Shown here in pieces: positions 20,648 to 30,661 of a stretch of 64,000 bases of DNA. Positions within the stretch are counted from its first letter, which is position 1, and each line of letters starts with the position of its first letter. Made by a program: the position numbers and the translations under genes. The notes beneath the pieces were generated by a model. That model was not told where the DNA came from, made no database searches, and worked only from the letters and a program-made list of their open reading frames with translations. This DNA is from Candidatus Hermodarchaeota archaeon (GTDB taxonomy: Archaea; Asgardarchaeota; Hermodarchaeia; Hermodarchaeales; Hermodarchaeaceae), in assembly GCA_016839805.1 (NCBI GenBank), contig JAEOTO010000032.1, positions 64,001 through 128,000 on the forward strand, read 5' to 3'.

Positions 20648-20791
20648 GAGAAAACGCCTACCCACTAACTTTTATATCTTAGTCAGACGCGGCAACAGAT
20701 GGAAATACCACTACAAAAAGGTCTCGAAATTACTTTTTTGAATAAGTTTGTCAAGAATTTTTCCGGTTTATCTAGCTGAAAAATAAATTTC

Positions 20792-21157
20792 TTAGTCTTT
20801 CGAAATTTTTTCGACAGCCGCCCGAAGGCTTCTGATAATAAGACCTAAGCTTGCTGCGGCATCTTTACCGGCGATGGCAACAACTATAGTTTTTGAAGCA
20901 GTTACTGCTACTGTATAACCCTTGTTCGTTTCTAGGTACATAGCTTGTGTTGGCCCTTGGTCAACGGCTTTGTTTACATTTTTTGTTTCTTTCAAAACGG
21001 TAACAACGCTTGAAACAATTGCGCTGTGATCCGTTTCCCTTAATGTCTGTCCAGCGACCACTTTCCCTGTACTAGAAGCAGTAATTATACCCTCAAGTTC
21101 GGGAATAGTGTCCATGATTTCAGCGAGAATCTTTTCTATCTCTTTCTTACCTAGCAT
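20792..21157 (-). CDS. Roadblock/LC7 domain protein (divergently transcribed)
   Basis: alpha-beta-beta-alpha-beta3-alpha pattern, G..VA, LGLI; ATG 21157 after GGGTG. Confidence 0.8.
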   Translation of the reverse strand: MLGKKEIEKILAEIMDTIPELEGIITASSTGKVVAGQTLRETDHSAIVSSVVTVLKETKNVNKAVDQGPTQAMYLETNKGYTVAVTASKTIVVAIAGKDAAASLGLIIRSLRAAVEKISKD

Positions 21158-21358
21158 GAAAGCCACACCCATCGCCAGGGAAATATGGCAATTACCTCGT
21201 ACGATAAACAAGCATTGGTCTTTGTATTTAAAAACTGTGCGCAGATAGAGCGAACTCGATAGATTTTTTCAAAAAGTCGTGGGTAACTCCGAACAAGAGG
21301 GAACTTTTATAACTTCTATGAGTGACCACTAGTCAGTGGCTAGAGAGCGTGGAGTACA

Positions 21359-21646
21359 ATGATTGGCGGAAAAGCATTGAAAGATTCACTCAAACGTCTC
21401 GGTGCACATGAAGGTGTTCGCGGCGTAATTATAACTAATATGGAAGGTCTACCAATCAGCTCCAATCTTAATGCAGAAACAACTGAAGTCATCTCTGCAC
21501 TCGTAACATCGTTAGTCGGAAAAGCTAAACGCGTTGTCGACGAACTTGGTGAAGGCGGCATGAACTTTCTCACAATCTCAACACCCAAAGGAGAAGTTAT
21601 GGTCGCTCCGGAAGAAGATTACATACTCATAGTCCTTCGAGGATGA
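21359..21646 (+). CDS. Short roadblock/LC7 protein (dynein light chain roadblock-like; no C-terminal helix)
   Basis: GV.GVII.N.EGLPI.S, FL.I.T.K.EVMVAP..DY.LIVL. Confidence 0.9.
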   Translation: MIGGKALKDSLKRLGAHEGVRGVIITNMEGLPISSNLNAETTEVISALVTSLVGKAKRVVDELGEGGMNFLTISTPKGEVMVAPEEDYILIVLRG

Positions 21647-21771
21647 TACAACAGCTAACCCTAACCCCTCGAGAACTCCCCAACCCTGAATAGCCCACGT
21701 TCTTCCACACAAAAGATATAAGCTGCCCCTCAAATGGTAACTCTTGCAAGCTTGGTGGAAAGGGATCAACC

Positions 21772-22242
21772 TTGTCAATAACAGTAAGGCAATTCGATGA
21801 AATCCTCTCTGATGTTATAAAGAGCGAGCCTGGAATTAAGAAGACAATCCTTGTCGACCGAACTGGGTTAACTATAGCACATGTCTCGAAATTTTCATAC
21901 TATCCCGTAGATGTTGATGGTATTGGAGCCATTGCGAGTGCTGTTTTTTGTGCTAGCGAAGAACAGGGAAAAAGTCTTGATGTCGGTGACTTAACAATTG
22001 TGACATCGGAGTTTGGTGATGGAAAGATATTCGCTGCTGGTGCTGGTAAAGGCGTACTCTGTGTTATCACGGATAAAGAAGTGAACATTGGAATGATTCG
22101 CCTAACAATGATGAAAGCCGCTGCTGAGCTTGCCAAGGTATTAGACGAATTTATGGCAGAGAAACCAGCTGTTGCCGCTGGCAAGACTGATGCGGAGCGT
22201 GAGGAGCTACGCGCAGCACTGGGCGAACTCGAGAAGGGTTGA
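21772..22242 (+). CDS. mglB: MglB-like roadblock protein with extra C-terminal helix
   Basis: LVDRTG..IA, IGAIASA, VNIGMIRL, flexible linker, then amphipathic tail; directly upstream of MglA. Confidence 0.8.
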   Translation: MSITVRQFDEILSDVIKSEPGIKKTILVDRTGLTIAHVSKFSYYPVDVDGIGAIASAVFCASEEQGKSLDVGDLTIVTSEFGDGKIFAAGAGKGVLCVITDKEVNIGMIRLTMMKAAAELAKVLDEFMAEKPAVAAGKTDAEREELRAALGELEKG

Positions 22243-22287
22243 TAGGGACGGGAAAATGCAAGGTGAACAAGGAGGAACCGTCCTACA

Positions 22288-22875
22288 TTGAAGAAAGACA
22301 CGCAAGGCAGAATACATTTCAAGATTGTCTTCTGGGGACCCTCACTGTCTGGAAAGACCACAGCGCTTCGTTGGATTTACGATAATGTGGAGGGGTTAAA
22401 TAAAGGCGGATTCACCTCTGTTGCTGACCATACTGGAAGAACACTCTTTTTTGATTATACCCCTATGCAAGCTACAGCCCAAGTAGTATTTGATGTGTAT
22501 ACTGTTGCGGGTCAGCGTCGACACCGGGGACAGCGAAAAGTCATTTTGACTGGTGTAGATGGGATAATCTTTGTCGCTGATTCTTCTCCAGACCAAATGG
22601 AAGCGAACATTGAGAGTATGGCTGAGCTTCGATCATTTGTTGGAGAAGAGCTTGGACATTCAATCAGCCTTGTTGTTATGTTAAACAAGCAGGATTTGCC
22701 GAATGCAATGGTAAAAACGGTTATGTTAGCAAAATTAGGACTTGGAAATGCCCCTAATTTTACCACCTGTGCTCTAACAGGTGAAAATGTTAAACGCACC
22801 TTTAGACAGGTTACTCGCGATATCTTGATGTACCATTTGTACCCTAAGACATCTGCAAAAGCATCTGCGAGTTAG
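22288..22875 (+). CDS. mglA: MglA-like small GTPase
   Basis: KIVFWGPSLSGKTT, RTLFFD, YTVAGQ, GVDGIIFVADS, NKQDL, CA. Confidence 0.92.
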   Translation: MKKDTQGRIHFKIVFWGPSLSGKTTALRWIYDNVEGLNKGGFTSVADHTGRTLFFDYTPMQATAQVVFDVYTVAGQRRHRGQRKVILTGVDGIIFVADSSPDQMEANIESMAELRSFVGEELGHSISLVVMLNKQDLPNAMVKTVMLAKLGLGNAPNFTTCALTGENVKRTFRQVTRDILMYHLYPKTSAKASAS

Positions 22876-22882
22876 ACCGAAA

Positions 22883-23266
22883 TTGATGATTCCCAGTTCC
22901 CCTGAAATAGACAAGATTCTCCAAAACCTTACTGAATCTGTGGACGAGATAGAGGCCGCTGTTGTTGTAGGTGTAGATGGCCTTCCTATAGCAGCAAATC
23001 TTCCCGAGGAATTCGATGAAACACTTCTATCGGCTATGAGCGCAGCATTGCTCACAGTAGGAGAACGAGCAGCATCAGACTTGGGAAAAGGCGCACTCCA
23101 CCAAGTTTTTGCTCAAGGTGGTTCAGGGGCCATTATCATGGTTGCTGCAGGGCCTGATTCGGTTTTAATGGTGAGTACAACAACATCATCATTGGCTGGA
23201 CTTGGGCTGGTATTTATTAATATGGAACGTGCTGCAAAGAAAATTGCCAAAAAACTCAACAAATAA
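22883..23266 (+). CDS. Roadblock/LC7 domain protein
   Basis: AVVV..DGLPIA, LSAMSAALL.VGERAA..LGKG.L.QV..QG..G, LGLVF. Confidence 0.93.
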   Translation: MMIPSSPEIDKILQNLTESVDEIEAAVVVGVDGLPIAANLPEEFDETLLSAMSAALLTVGERAASDLGKGALHQVFAQGGSGAIIMVAAGPDSVLMVSTTTSSLAGLGLVFINMERAAKKIAKKLNK

Positions 23267-23287
23267 TAAATTAAAGAATTCATAAAA

Positions 23288-23302
23288 CGAAAGGTTATAT
23301 AT
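23288..23302 (+). promoter_or_regulatory. Probable BRE-TATA promoter of uppS
   Basis: CGAAAGG followed by TTATATAT, about 35 nt upstream of the GTG at 23336. Confidence 0.5.
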
Positions 23303-23335
23303 CGCAGGATTTTGGCACTATTAGAGGATTAAACA

Positions 23336-24103
23336 GTGACGAACCTAATAGGACCGATTTATCATCTGTATTCTTGGTATCTATGGCGCCAAATAAAAGA
23401 TAAACCCATGCCAACTCATGTAGGTATTATTCTTGATGGAAATCGTCGGTATGCAAAGCAAACTAACCAAGAAGTCGTTTTTGGACACACAGTGGGCGCC
23501 CAACGGGTTGATGAGGTCCTCGATTGGTGTTTTGAGACTGGAATAAAAGTCGTCACGATTTACGCTTTTTCAACGGAGAATTTTTCTCGAACGCCAAAAG
23601 AAGTTCGTCACATCATGGAGTTAGCCAAGGAACGCTTTGAAACAGTTGCAAGATCCGAAGTTGTGCATCGCCATCAAGTTAGAGTTCGAGCGATTGGTCA
23701 ACTCTCTTTACTCCCGCATCAAGTATTAGCTGCAATTCAAGAAGCAGAAAAAACAACAGCAAACTATGAGAAATTCCAGCTTAACGTAGCAATTGGTTAT
23801 GGTGGACGAACAGAGATAGTTGATGCTGTTCAACGTATCGCACAAAAAGTCCAAAGTGGAGAACTGGACCCAGCACAGATTTCAGATGATACAATTGAAA
23901 AGCATCTCTATACAGCCGGGATTGCTGACCCAGAGTTGATTATCCGAACCTCTGGCGAAGAACGATTATCTGGATTCCTTTTATGGCAATCAGCGTATTC
24001 TGAACTTTATTTTGCTGATGTGTACTGGCCCGAAATCCGAAAAATTGATTTTTGGCGTGCATTACGCACCTTTCAGCAACGAGAACGGAGATTTGGCAAC
24101 TAG
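23336..24103 (+). CDS. uppS: cis-prenyltransferase (polyprenyl diphosphate synthase)
   Basis: HVGIILDGNRR, YAFSTENF.R, YGGR.EI, IIRTSGE.RLSGFLLWQ, RRFG. Confidence 0.97.
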   Translation: MTNLIGPIYHLYSWYLWRQIKDKPMPTHVGIILDGNRRYAKQTNQEVVFGHTVGAQRVDEVLDWCFETGIKVVTIYAFSTENFSRTPKEVRHIMELAKERFETVARSEVVHRHQVRVRAIGQLSLLPHQVLAAIQEAEKTTANYEKFQLNVAIGYGGRTEIVDAVQRIAQKVQSGELDPAQISDDTIEKHLYTAGIADPELIIRTSGEERLSGFLLWQSAYSELYFADVYWPEIRKIDFWRALRTFQQRERRFGN

Positions 24104-24157
24104 GAAAACGTTATTCTAGCACTTCGAATGAGTGCTTAGAATTAGGAGGTATTTGAG

Positions 24158-24577
24158 ATACCACGAAAAAAAAGCAGAACAATTGCGTTATTAGTCGATA
24201 GCACTATCTCATCCTCCTTGACGGCAATTTTAACGCAGTTCCGTCCGCTATTAAAAGAAATTGGGAATATCAAGATTGCCAAAGTTTTATTATTGCAACA
24301 ACAGGCCTTGGACATCTCGAATGAAATTTCCCAAGAAGGTTTTACACCGATAATCGTTCATAGTGATTTAGATATCCATTTTTCTTTAGAAGCTATGGAA
24401 CTCATCTACAATGAAAAAATCGAGGTTTTAGCACTAGCAACCGAAAACGAAAAATTATTACCATTGTTTAATCGTGCAAAGGAGCTCGGAAAAGAAGTCA
24501 TTTTACTACTTACAACAAGCAAAGTTAGCCGTGGTTTGCAGAATGCAGCTGATTCAGTTCTTGCAATCAGTGCCTAA
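24158..24577 (+). CDS. NYN/TIGR00288-like PIN-fold protein, degenerate active site; ATA start
   Basis: In-frame extension adds IPRKKSRTIALLVDS (first NYN strand) 7 nt after GGAGGT; then SDLDI...EAMELIYN, PL...AKE.GKEV, GLQNAAD. Confidence 0.75.
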   Translation: MPRKKSRTIALLVDSTISSSLTAILTQFRPLLKEIGNIKIAKVLLLQQQALDISNEISQEGFTPIIVHSDLDIHFSLEAMELIYNEKIEVLALATENEKLLPLFNRAKELGKEVILLLTTSKVSRGLQNAADSVLAISA

Positions 24578-24581
24578 TTTT

Positions 24582-25451
24582 CTATAGCAATCCACGTTTC
24601 ATTAATAGTGAGAATTCTTCCATAGTAAGCCGTTCGCCACGCTTAAATTTTTCAAGCGCCGTTGAAGTCTTCTCTTCAAGGCGTTCTTCGAGCTCTTGAA
24701 TTTTTTCTACACGCTGTCGTATGCGAACTTCGCCTATTTCCTTCCTCAACCGGCTGTTTTCTTGTTTAGCTTCAATAAACCGTCGATGGGTTTCATCCGC
24801 TTCGCGGCGTGTCTCTAAATACCGACGATGTGCTTCATCAGCTTGTTTTCTAAGGGAATCTACTTCAGCATACGCTTCAATCATGAATTGATTTTCCTCT
24901 TGAGATAAGCGAGCAAACTCAAGAACTGAATTGTGCTGGGCATTCATTAGGAGACGAAGATCTTCGATTTCAGTCCGAGTACGGACACTTTCCTTTCGCT
25001 TTGCTGCTGCGTCTTCAGCTACCTTAAGTTCTTCTTCAAGCTGAGTAATTTGTTCAATGATTTCCCGCTCATGTTTTAAATCCAAAACCTGAGTCTGTAA
25101 CGACCAATCGAGTTCTCTAATTTTTCGACGAAGGACATGTGCAGGAGCAGAAGTTTTATTTTTAATTTCCTGAGCTACTTCCTCAGTATCTTGGCGCTCA
25201 TCAATCTTATCCTTGAGTTTCGAAAAAATCTCGTCACGCTTGACTTTGAATTCAGCTACCTTTTTATTATTGTCATCACGCTTTTCGCGGTGTTCGCGCG
25301 CTTTTGACAACCATTCAGCAACTTGTGCGTTGAGCCGATCCCTTTTCTTGACTAATTGTTGTGCTTCAGTATTTAGTTCGTCTCGCTTCTCACGCAATGT
25401 TGTCGTGAGTCGGCTTATTTCAGCAAGCCTGAGTACGGATTCCTCAGCCAC
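24582..25451 (-). CDS. Archaeal coiled-coil protein (COG1340-like)
   Basis: Repeated KRDELN, QT.VL...E, C-terminal KFKRGERLT.EE. Confidence 0.85.
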   Translation of the reverse strand: MAEESVLRLAEISRLTTTLREKRDELNTEAQQLVKKRDRLNAQVAEWLSKAREHREKRDDNNKKVAEFKVKRDEIFSKLKDKIDERQDTEEVAQEIKNKTSAPAHVLRRKIRELDWSLQTQVLDLKHEREIIEQITQLEEELKVAEDAAAKRKESVRTRTEIEDLRLLMNAQHNSVLEFARLSQEENQFMIEAYAEVDSLRKQADEAHRRYLETRREADETHRRFIEAKQENSRLRKEIGEVRIRQRVEKIQELEERLEEKTSTALEKFKRGERLTMEEFSLLMKRGLL

Positions 25452-25587
25452 TATACCACCTTATTATAGAAATCGTCTGCGACGTTTTGGGAAGTTGAAG
25501 GGTGTATAGAAGAGGGATTTTTAAAACTAACGGAGCTCCACAACCTTCCAAGAATTCGCCTAACAGAAATAATAGAATTTATGTAAT

Positions 25588-26295
25588 CTAAGTTGATTCC
25601 TCTTCTAAAATGATCCGAGCATCAACACATTTTGCGCCTTTAGGATAAGCAAAGACTGGATTAAGATCGAGTTCCTTGATGACCGGATAATCCGTTACTA
25701 TTTTTGACACTTGTAATAAGATATTGACCAAAGCTGTAGTATCCGATGCCTCTTGTCCTCGAATGCCTGTAAGAATGGGATACCCCTTTATTTCTTGAAT
25801 CATCTCTTGGGCATCATGTTTTGTGATAGGAGCGACGCGGAAGCTGACATCTTCGAAGACTTCAACAAAAATTCCCCCGATACCAAACATAAGGGCAGGA
25901 CCAAATTGTGGATCTTTCAGTGCACCAATGATTACTTCTATTCCTTTTGGGGCAAATTCTTCAACGAAAATTCCTTTTATTTTTGCATTTGGTTTGTGCT
26001 TTTGTACATTTGACATTATTGTTTGGTAGCCAGTTCGAACTTCGTCCGCATTTTTGATATTAATAAGAACCCCACCAACATCGCTTTTATGGATGACATC
26101 ACGGCTCAAAATTTTAAGAACCACAGGATAGCCAATTTGTTCTGCTGACTGTATGGCAGCTTCTACTGTTTCTGCAATACTGAATTTCGTAACCGGAATT
26201 TTATACTTCTGCATAATTGTCTTGGCTTCATTTTCTAAGAGAAATGTTCGATTTTCCGACCGAGCTGTAGCAATGATTGCATCAACTTTCGACAT
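25588..26295 (-). CDS. acdB: Acetate--CoA ligase (ADP-forming) beta subunit (ATP-grasp)
   Basis: L.E.EAK, GYPVVLK, HKSDVGGV, DPQFGP..MFG.GGIFVE, ELDLNP, VDARI. Confidence 0.93.
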   Translation of the reverse strand: MSKVDAIIATARSENRTFLLENEAKTIMQKYKIPVTKFSIAETVEAAIQSAEQIGYPVVLKILSRDVIHKSDVGGVLINIKNADEVRTGYQTIMSNVQKHKPNAKIKGIFVEEFAPKGIEVIIGALKDPQFGPALMFGIGGIFVEVFEDVSFRVAPITKHDAQEMIQEIKGYPILTGIRGQEASDTTALVNILLQVSKIVTDYPVIKELDLNPVFAYPKGAKCVDARIILEEEST

Positions 26296-26358
26296 TCTAT
26301 TCACCCTGTGAATCATACAACGAGCTAGTCTGGATTAAAACCTTTTAGTAAAACGAAA

Positions 26359-27126
26359 TTATCGGAAGATTTCAAATCCTTCGCCGCTGGTAAGGGTATT
26401 CGAAATGTTGGAAAAGAGTAATTCCAAGGTCTCATCTTTCAGAGATGATATTGGCACAATGTCTAGCCCAGAGAACAGTCGTTGGATAGATTTGTACAAT
26501 TCGGTTGAAAGTTCAATTTGTAATTCATTTCGCAAGGCATTCATATCATGAATTAACTGGTCAGGATCATCTAGCCACAATTCCAATTGCTCTTGCTCTT
26601 CTTCATTTAGTAAGTCTGCCCTAGATAAGACATTGAGTTGAGGTAACTGAAATCGTACTAACACTGATGCTGAAAGAAGGAGTGAGGAAACTAAACCAGC
26701 GGGATTTTTTCCTAATGCCGCATCAACCAAATAGACAATCATTTTACTTTCTCCTCCCAAACTAGAAACGATAATTGGTCCCGTATCTCTGAAGGCAAAT
26801 AGCTCAATTTGACCCGGAGCATCCAGTAATAGAAAATCAACTCCGAGTTCGTTGATTTCCTCTATGATAGTCTCAATACGAGTACTAATGAGATCAATGG
26901 CTGCAACGAGCCCACCATTGGGTCCAAGGTTATATTTTTCCATAATTCCTTGGAGGGAGACAAAGTCACGTACATCAATATCAGGTCCGTAGGGAAGATG
27001 TAACACACCGGGATCCAGATTCACAGTTCCAACACTCACCTTCGCGTTTCTAAGCCAATTAGCAAAAGTATGAGTCAACGTTGATTTTCCAGATCCAGCT
27101 GTACCAACAAAGTAAAGCGCATGCAA
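26359..27126 (-). CDS. GPN-loop GTPase
   Basis: GTAGSGKST, VNLDP, D.RD, LGPNG, D.PGQIE.F. Confidence 0.95.
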   Translation of the reverse strand: MHALYFVGTAGSGKSTLTHTFANWLRNAKVSVGTVNLDPGVLHLPYGPDIDVRDFVSLQGIMEKYNLGPNGGLVAAIDLISTRIETIIEEINELGVDFLLLDAPGQIELFAFRDTGPIIVSSLGGESKMIVYLVDAALGKNPAGLVSSLLLSASVLVRFQLPQLNVLSRADLLNEEEQEQLELWLDDPDQLIHDMNALRNELQIELSTELYKSIQRLFSGLDIVPISSLKDETLELLFSNISNTLTSGEGFEIFR

Positions 27127-27141
27127 TGTTTCAGCAACACC

Positions 27142-27882
27142 TCAAATGGAAAATTTCCTTAACTTTTTAACCAACTCATTTGTTTCCTTTATTCTTGACA
27201 AATACAGGGGTATTTTTTCAACTTCAGCAATTTTACAGGCAACAGGATCAACATTTTTGGGACCATGAAGGATGATAACCGATGGTCGAACAGCTGGGCC
27301 TAGACCTATTTGCGACGTTCGAATTGCCACCATAGGTGATCGCCCTGTACTGACTCGTGTGAAAATCGCTGCGCGATTAGGAGTTGCACCATACAATTTG
27401 AGCATTTGTTCAGGTGTGAGTTGCAAAATTACTCGAAGACTATCAATAGTTGTATATCCAAAGATTTCACGGTTTTGAACCACGTCCTCGACGATAGTCT
27501 TGCATTCTAAAAAATCCGTTAATTTTTTCGCTAGAATTGCTGAGGGGAACTCGCGAATATCAAGTAGAATATCAGAGGGAATATCCTGACCTATAAGCCG
27601 AATAAAAGCCTGAACTATCTGTCCACCACGACTTTCATCAATCGCGATGATGCTTTCAGCAAATTTGCGTATAGTTTCAACTCGTGGCGATTTTCTTCTT
27701 CCACTTTCATAATCACTAATAACAGAGGGAGAGAGATCCAAGTGACTAGCGAGATCATGCTGAGCTACATTAAATTGCTCACGCCATTTCCGCATAACAC
27801 GACCAGGATTTTCAGCAAGAGTAATTTCGCCTGCTATGGTCTTAAGCAGATTATCTCGGGCGCTCTGATCAGATGGTTCCAT
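27142..27882 (-). CDS. XRE-family HTH protein (COG1709-like)
   Basis: IAGEI, KWRE.F, PSVISDYESGRRKSP, GYT.IDS, FT.VSTGRSPMVAIR. Confidence 0.92.
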   Translation of the reverse strand: MEPSDQSARDNLLKTIAGEITLAENPGRVMRKWREQFNVAQHDLASHLDLSPSVISDYESGRRKSPRVETIRKFAESIIAIDESRGGQIVQAFIRLIGQDIPSDILLDIREFPSAILAKKLTDFLECKTIVEDVVQNREIFGYTTIDSLRVILQLTPEQMLKLYGATPNRAAIFTRVSTGRSPMVAIRTSQIGLGPAVRPSVIILHGPKNVDPVACKIAEVEKIPLYLSRIKETNELVKKLRKFSI

Positions 27883-27984
27883 AAAGACCCTACCACAATT
27901 TAAGAATCTAAATGGATAACCTCCACCGAGTATTTATAGGTAAAAGTACAAGACCGCTGAGTCCTAAACGGGAGCGAATACTCA

Positions 27985-28773
27985 ATGCAATTATCTCTTC
28001 CGACGATACAGGATTTATTTGTACTAATCATCGCGTATCTGTGGATTTTTGGTGTACTTGGTTTTGGCGAACTGCTTCGTAGATGGCGTAACTATTCGAC
28101 TTCGGTTACACGAAAAATCATTCATTTATTCGCAGGCTTCACTGTGTTCACAGTTCCATTCTATAGTCAGGCATGGTTAGCTCTTCTAGTATCGTTCCCG
28201 ATGTTAATCCTAATTTTCCTAGCTTCCCCAAAGAGCCCCGTTAAGAGCCTCAGAGCTATGTTCGAGGTAATGGCTCGTGAAGAAGATTACCAAACAGGTC
28301 ATATTTGGGGACCTTTTCTCTACGCAATCTCAATTAATATTCTCGTCGCACTTTTCGCATTAATTCCCACACTGACTCCTTACTTCATACTCCCGGCTAT
28401 GGGTCTAACAGCAATGTACTTGGGAGACGGAATTGCCCCAATGATAGGGGGTAGATTTGGGAAACACCACTACACTATTGGGAATGCGACTCGAAGTTTA
28501 GAGGGATCATTAGCCGTTTTCTTTAGTTCATTTTTAGGTACATGGATTTGTTGGATTTTTCTGGATATATTTGCTACAGGAGGCATTCTCATTTTCGACA
28601 TCCCGCAGATCGGCAGTCTAAGTGTGGTTTGTGCCGTTTTTGCCTCAATCATTGAGGGGATAAGTCCGGTTGGTTATGATAATATCACAGTTCCCCTTTT
28701 AACGACGGGAATTCTCTTTATTGTGGCCTCAGTAATTCATCCACTATTGCTTGCCTCAATTCTTTTCCCATAG
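27985..28773 (+). CDS. Phytol/dolichol kinase family (CTP-dependent) membrane protein
   Basis: RKIIH, GP..Y, GDG.A..IG.RFG, RSLEGS, DNITVP; multiple TM segments. Confidence 0.9.
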   Translation: MQLSLPTIQDLFVLIIAYLWIFGVLGFGELLRRWRNYSTSVTRKIIHLFAGFTVFTVPFYSQAWLALLVSFPMLILIFLASPKSPVKSLRAMFEVMAREEDYQTGHIWGPFLYAISINILVALFALIPTLTPYFILPAMGLTAMYLGDGIAPMIGGRFGKHHYTIGNATRSLEGSLAVFFSSFLGTWICWIFLDIFATGGILIFDIPQIGSLSVVCAVFASIIEGISPVGYDNITVPLLTTGILFIVASVIHPLLLASILFP

Positions 28774-28826
28774 CAGCTGTTAAACCGTCCATGAAGCTGT
28801 CACTAATTGTAGTTCCTTGAAATGAA

Positions 28827-29393
28827 CTATTTCAACATCGCTAGACGAACCATTGCATTGACAAAGTGTTTAGCTCGTTGCATGGAAGTGTGGTATGGTT
28901 CAGTTACTGCATAATTTTGCTGAAGTTCCGCAAACCGATTATCCATCTTTTCAAGCCATTTTTGCGGTTGATCAATCTCTTTCCAGGCGTATAATCCAAG
29001 TTTATCAGCCACACAAACAATTTTTTCCTCCCAGGTTTCCGGGACGAAACTCCTTTCAGGAAGACCAATCCGAACAGCCTCTTCTGCAGTAAAGCCACCT
29101 AATACATGTCGTTCAACAATTTTTACAATACTTGCGGGATAATCGTATAGTTCTAAGAGTTTTCCACCAACATAGCCGTGTGTAACATCATGGGTTCGCG
29201 CTCGACCGAGATCATGTAATAATGCACCAATGCTTACTAAATCAAAGTCGACTTGTATCTTGGCTGAAAGTATTTTCGCAATTCGAAGTGCTTTTTGACA
29301 TGTAGCCTCACAATGACGTATAATGTTGGAGTCACTGAGATAATCGTTCAGAATTAACCTGGCCTCTTCTAATGAAGGATACACGATTGACAT
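28827..29393 (-). CDS. HDIG-domain phosphohydrolase (TIGR00295-like)
   Basis: HC, GALLHDLGR..TH...HG, ERH..GG, PET.EEKIV..AD. Confidence 0.9.
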   Translation of the reverse strand: MSIVYPSLEEARLILNDYLSDSNIIRHCEATCQKALRIAKILSAKIQVDFDLVSIGALLHDLGRARTHDVTHGYVGGKLLELYDYPASIVKIVERHVLGGFTAEEAVRIGLPERSFVPETWEEKIVCVADKLGLYAWKEIDQPQKWLEKMDNRFAELQQNYAVTEPYHTSMQRAKHFVNAMVRLAMLK

Positions 29394-29474
29394 TGGTGGC
29401 GTTTATTAACGTGTTACCAAGCTTTAATTTTAAGCATGACACAAAATTAGGAAAGCTCTTCTGGGACGATTGGG

Positions 29475-30644
29475 ATGAAGACTATAAGCGAGCTCTGGGC
29501 ATTAGATGAGACAATACAAAAAATTGCTGAACAAATTCAAGTTATTGAGGAAAAAAGAAACGCCTTTGCCTCAATTATTCACTCTGTGCGCCACTCTCTT
29601 GATTTGCAATCAGATTTACCATTAGCACAACAATACATCGTTGATGGAGCAATAGCACATACAGTAAAACCAACGGGTCTAAGTGGACTCCGCGTTTGTG
29701 GTGTTGATGGGGGGCTTCTCAAAAAGACCTTACGAGGTATAGAGTTAGTTATCACCCGTGCCAATGCAACTATCTTCGAATATACACCCGCTAATCGGGT
29801 TTCAGCTATTTACTTTCCTGAAAAAACGACACCCCCTACTATAAAAGCGGAACTTACGCCCATTTCGTGGCGAGAGGCTGAAGTTAACGCATCACTTGAA
29901 CGATTAAAAGCAGAAATCGAGCTAGCTATACGAGTTCAGGATCACCATTCTACTGAATTACTATTACTAGATGGTTCTCTCAGACCCCATATTAGTGATC
30001 GCCCGCCGAATAAGTCCGTGTTCTATTCCAAGTATGACAAAATCAAAGCTCTATATGATGAACTCTTTGTAAAAACTGAAGAGACAGGAACCCTCCTTGC
30101 AGGTGTAATAAAGGACAGTAGAAGTCAACGCTTTATTCGAATTTTTGGTGAACTTCTTCCCCATCTAATAAATCGGAATCCTGAATTGAAAAGATTATTA
30201 GAACTTGATTATCGGACAATCTTGAAAACAAGCTATGATACGGATTTCTTCTTCCGTGTACTTGATGTGGGTGAACGCTCACCCATATTGCGACTGAACG
30301 ATTTTAACAGTACTTCGAATGTAGAGTCTAATACTGATGCTCAACAAGATAGTCAGCTGGTGTGTTTTTACTTGCGAACAGCGAGGTATGATTACCCACT
30401 CTGTGTTGAAGTCTTTACCGGATCTTATGACCCACTTAGGATAATCGAAAAAATCAGTGCAATGTTGCTACCAATGTCTTCCGATAATGAGGAATTCGCA
30501 CTACCAGCTGTCTTGATTGACGCCGATTCTCAAGCTCGATTAATTGAACGAGATCTTGATTTCTTATTTGCACAGCTTGCAAATCGAATAGGATATCCAC
30601 AAAGCTTACTGAAATTACGTCGTGAAAGAATGCCGTTCCATTAG
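29475..30644 (+). CDS. nurA: DNA double-strand break repair nuclease NurA
   Basis: GVDGG, LLDGSL, GVIKDS, P..LIDAD..AR, R.PF C-terminus; upstream of herA. Confidence 0.9.
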   Translation: MKTISELWALDETIQKIAEQIQVIEEKRNAFASIIHSVRHSLDLQSDLPLAQQYIVDGAIAHTVKPTGLSGLRVCGVDGGLLKKTLRGIELVITRANATIFEYTPANRVSAIYFPEKTTPPTIKAELTPISWREAEVNASLERLKAEIELAIRVQDHHSTELLLLDGSLRPHISDRPPNKSVFYSKYDKIKALYDELFVKTEETGTLLAGVIKDSRSQRFIRIFGELLPHLINRNPELKRLLELDYRTILKTSYDTDFFFRVLDVGERSPILRLNDFNSTSNVESNTDAQQDSQLVCFYLRTARYDYPLCVEVFTGSYDPLRIIEKISAMLLPMSSDNEEFALPAVLIDADSQARLIERDLDFLFAQLANRIGYPQSLLKLRRERMPFH

Positions 30645-30661
30645 GAAAATTTGTATGAAGG

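Noticed and set aside
20693-20712. Mini-ORB-like CAGATGGAAAT upstream of smc
   Set aside because: A single imperfect copy; expected by chance.
21655-21670. Telomere-like CTAACCCTAACCC
   Set aside because: Only two units within a C-rich intergenic spacer; not significant.
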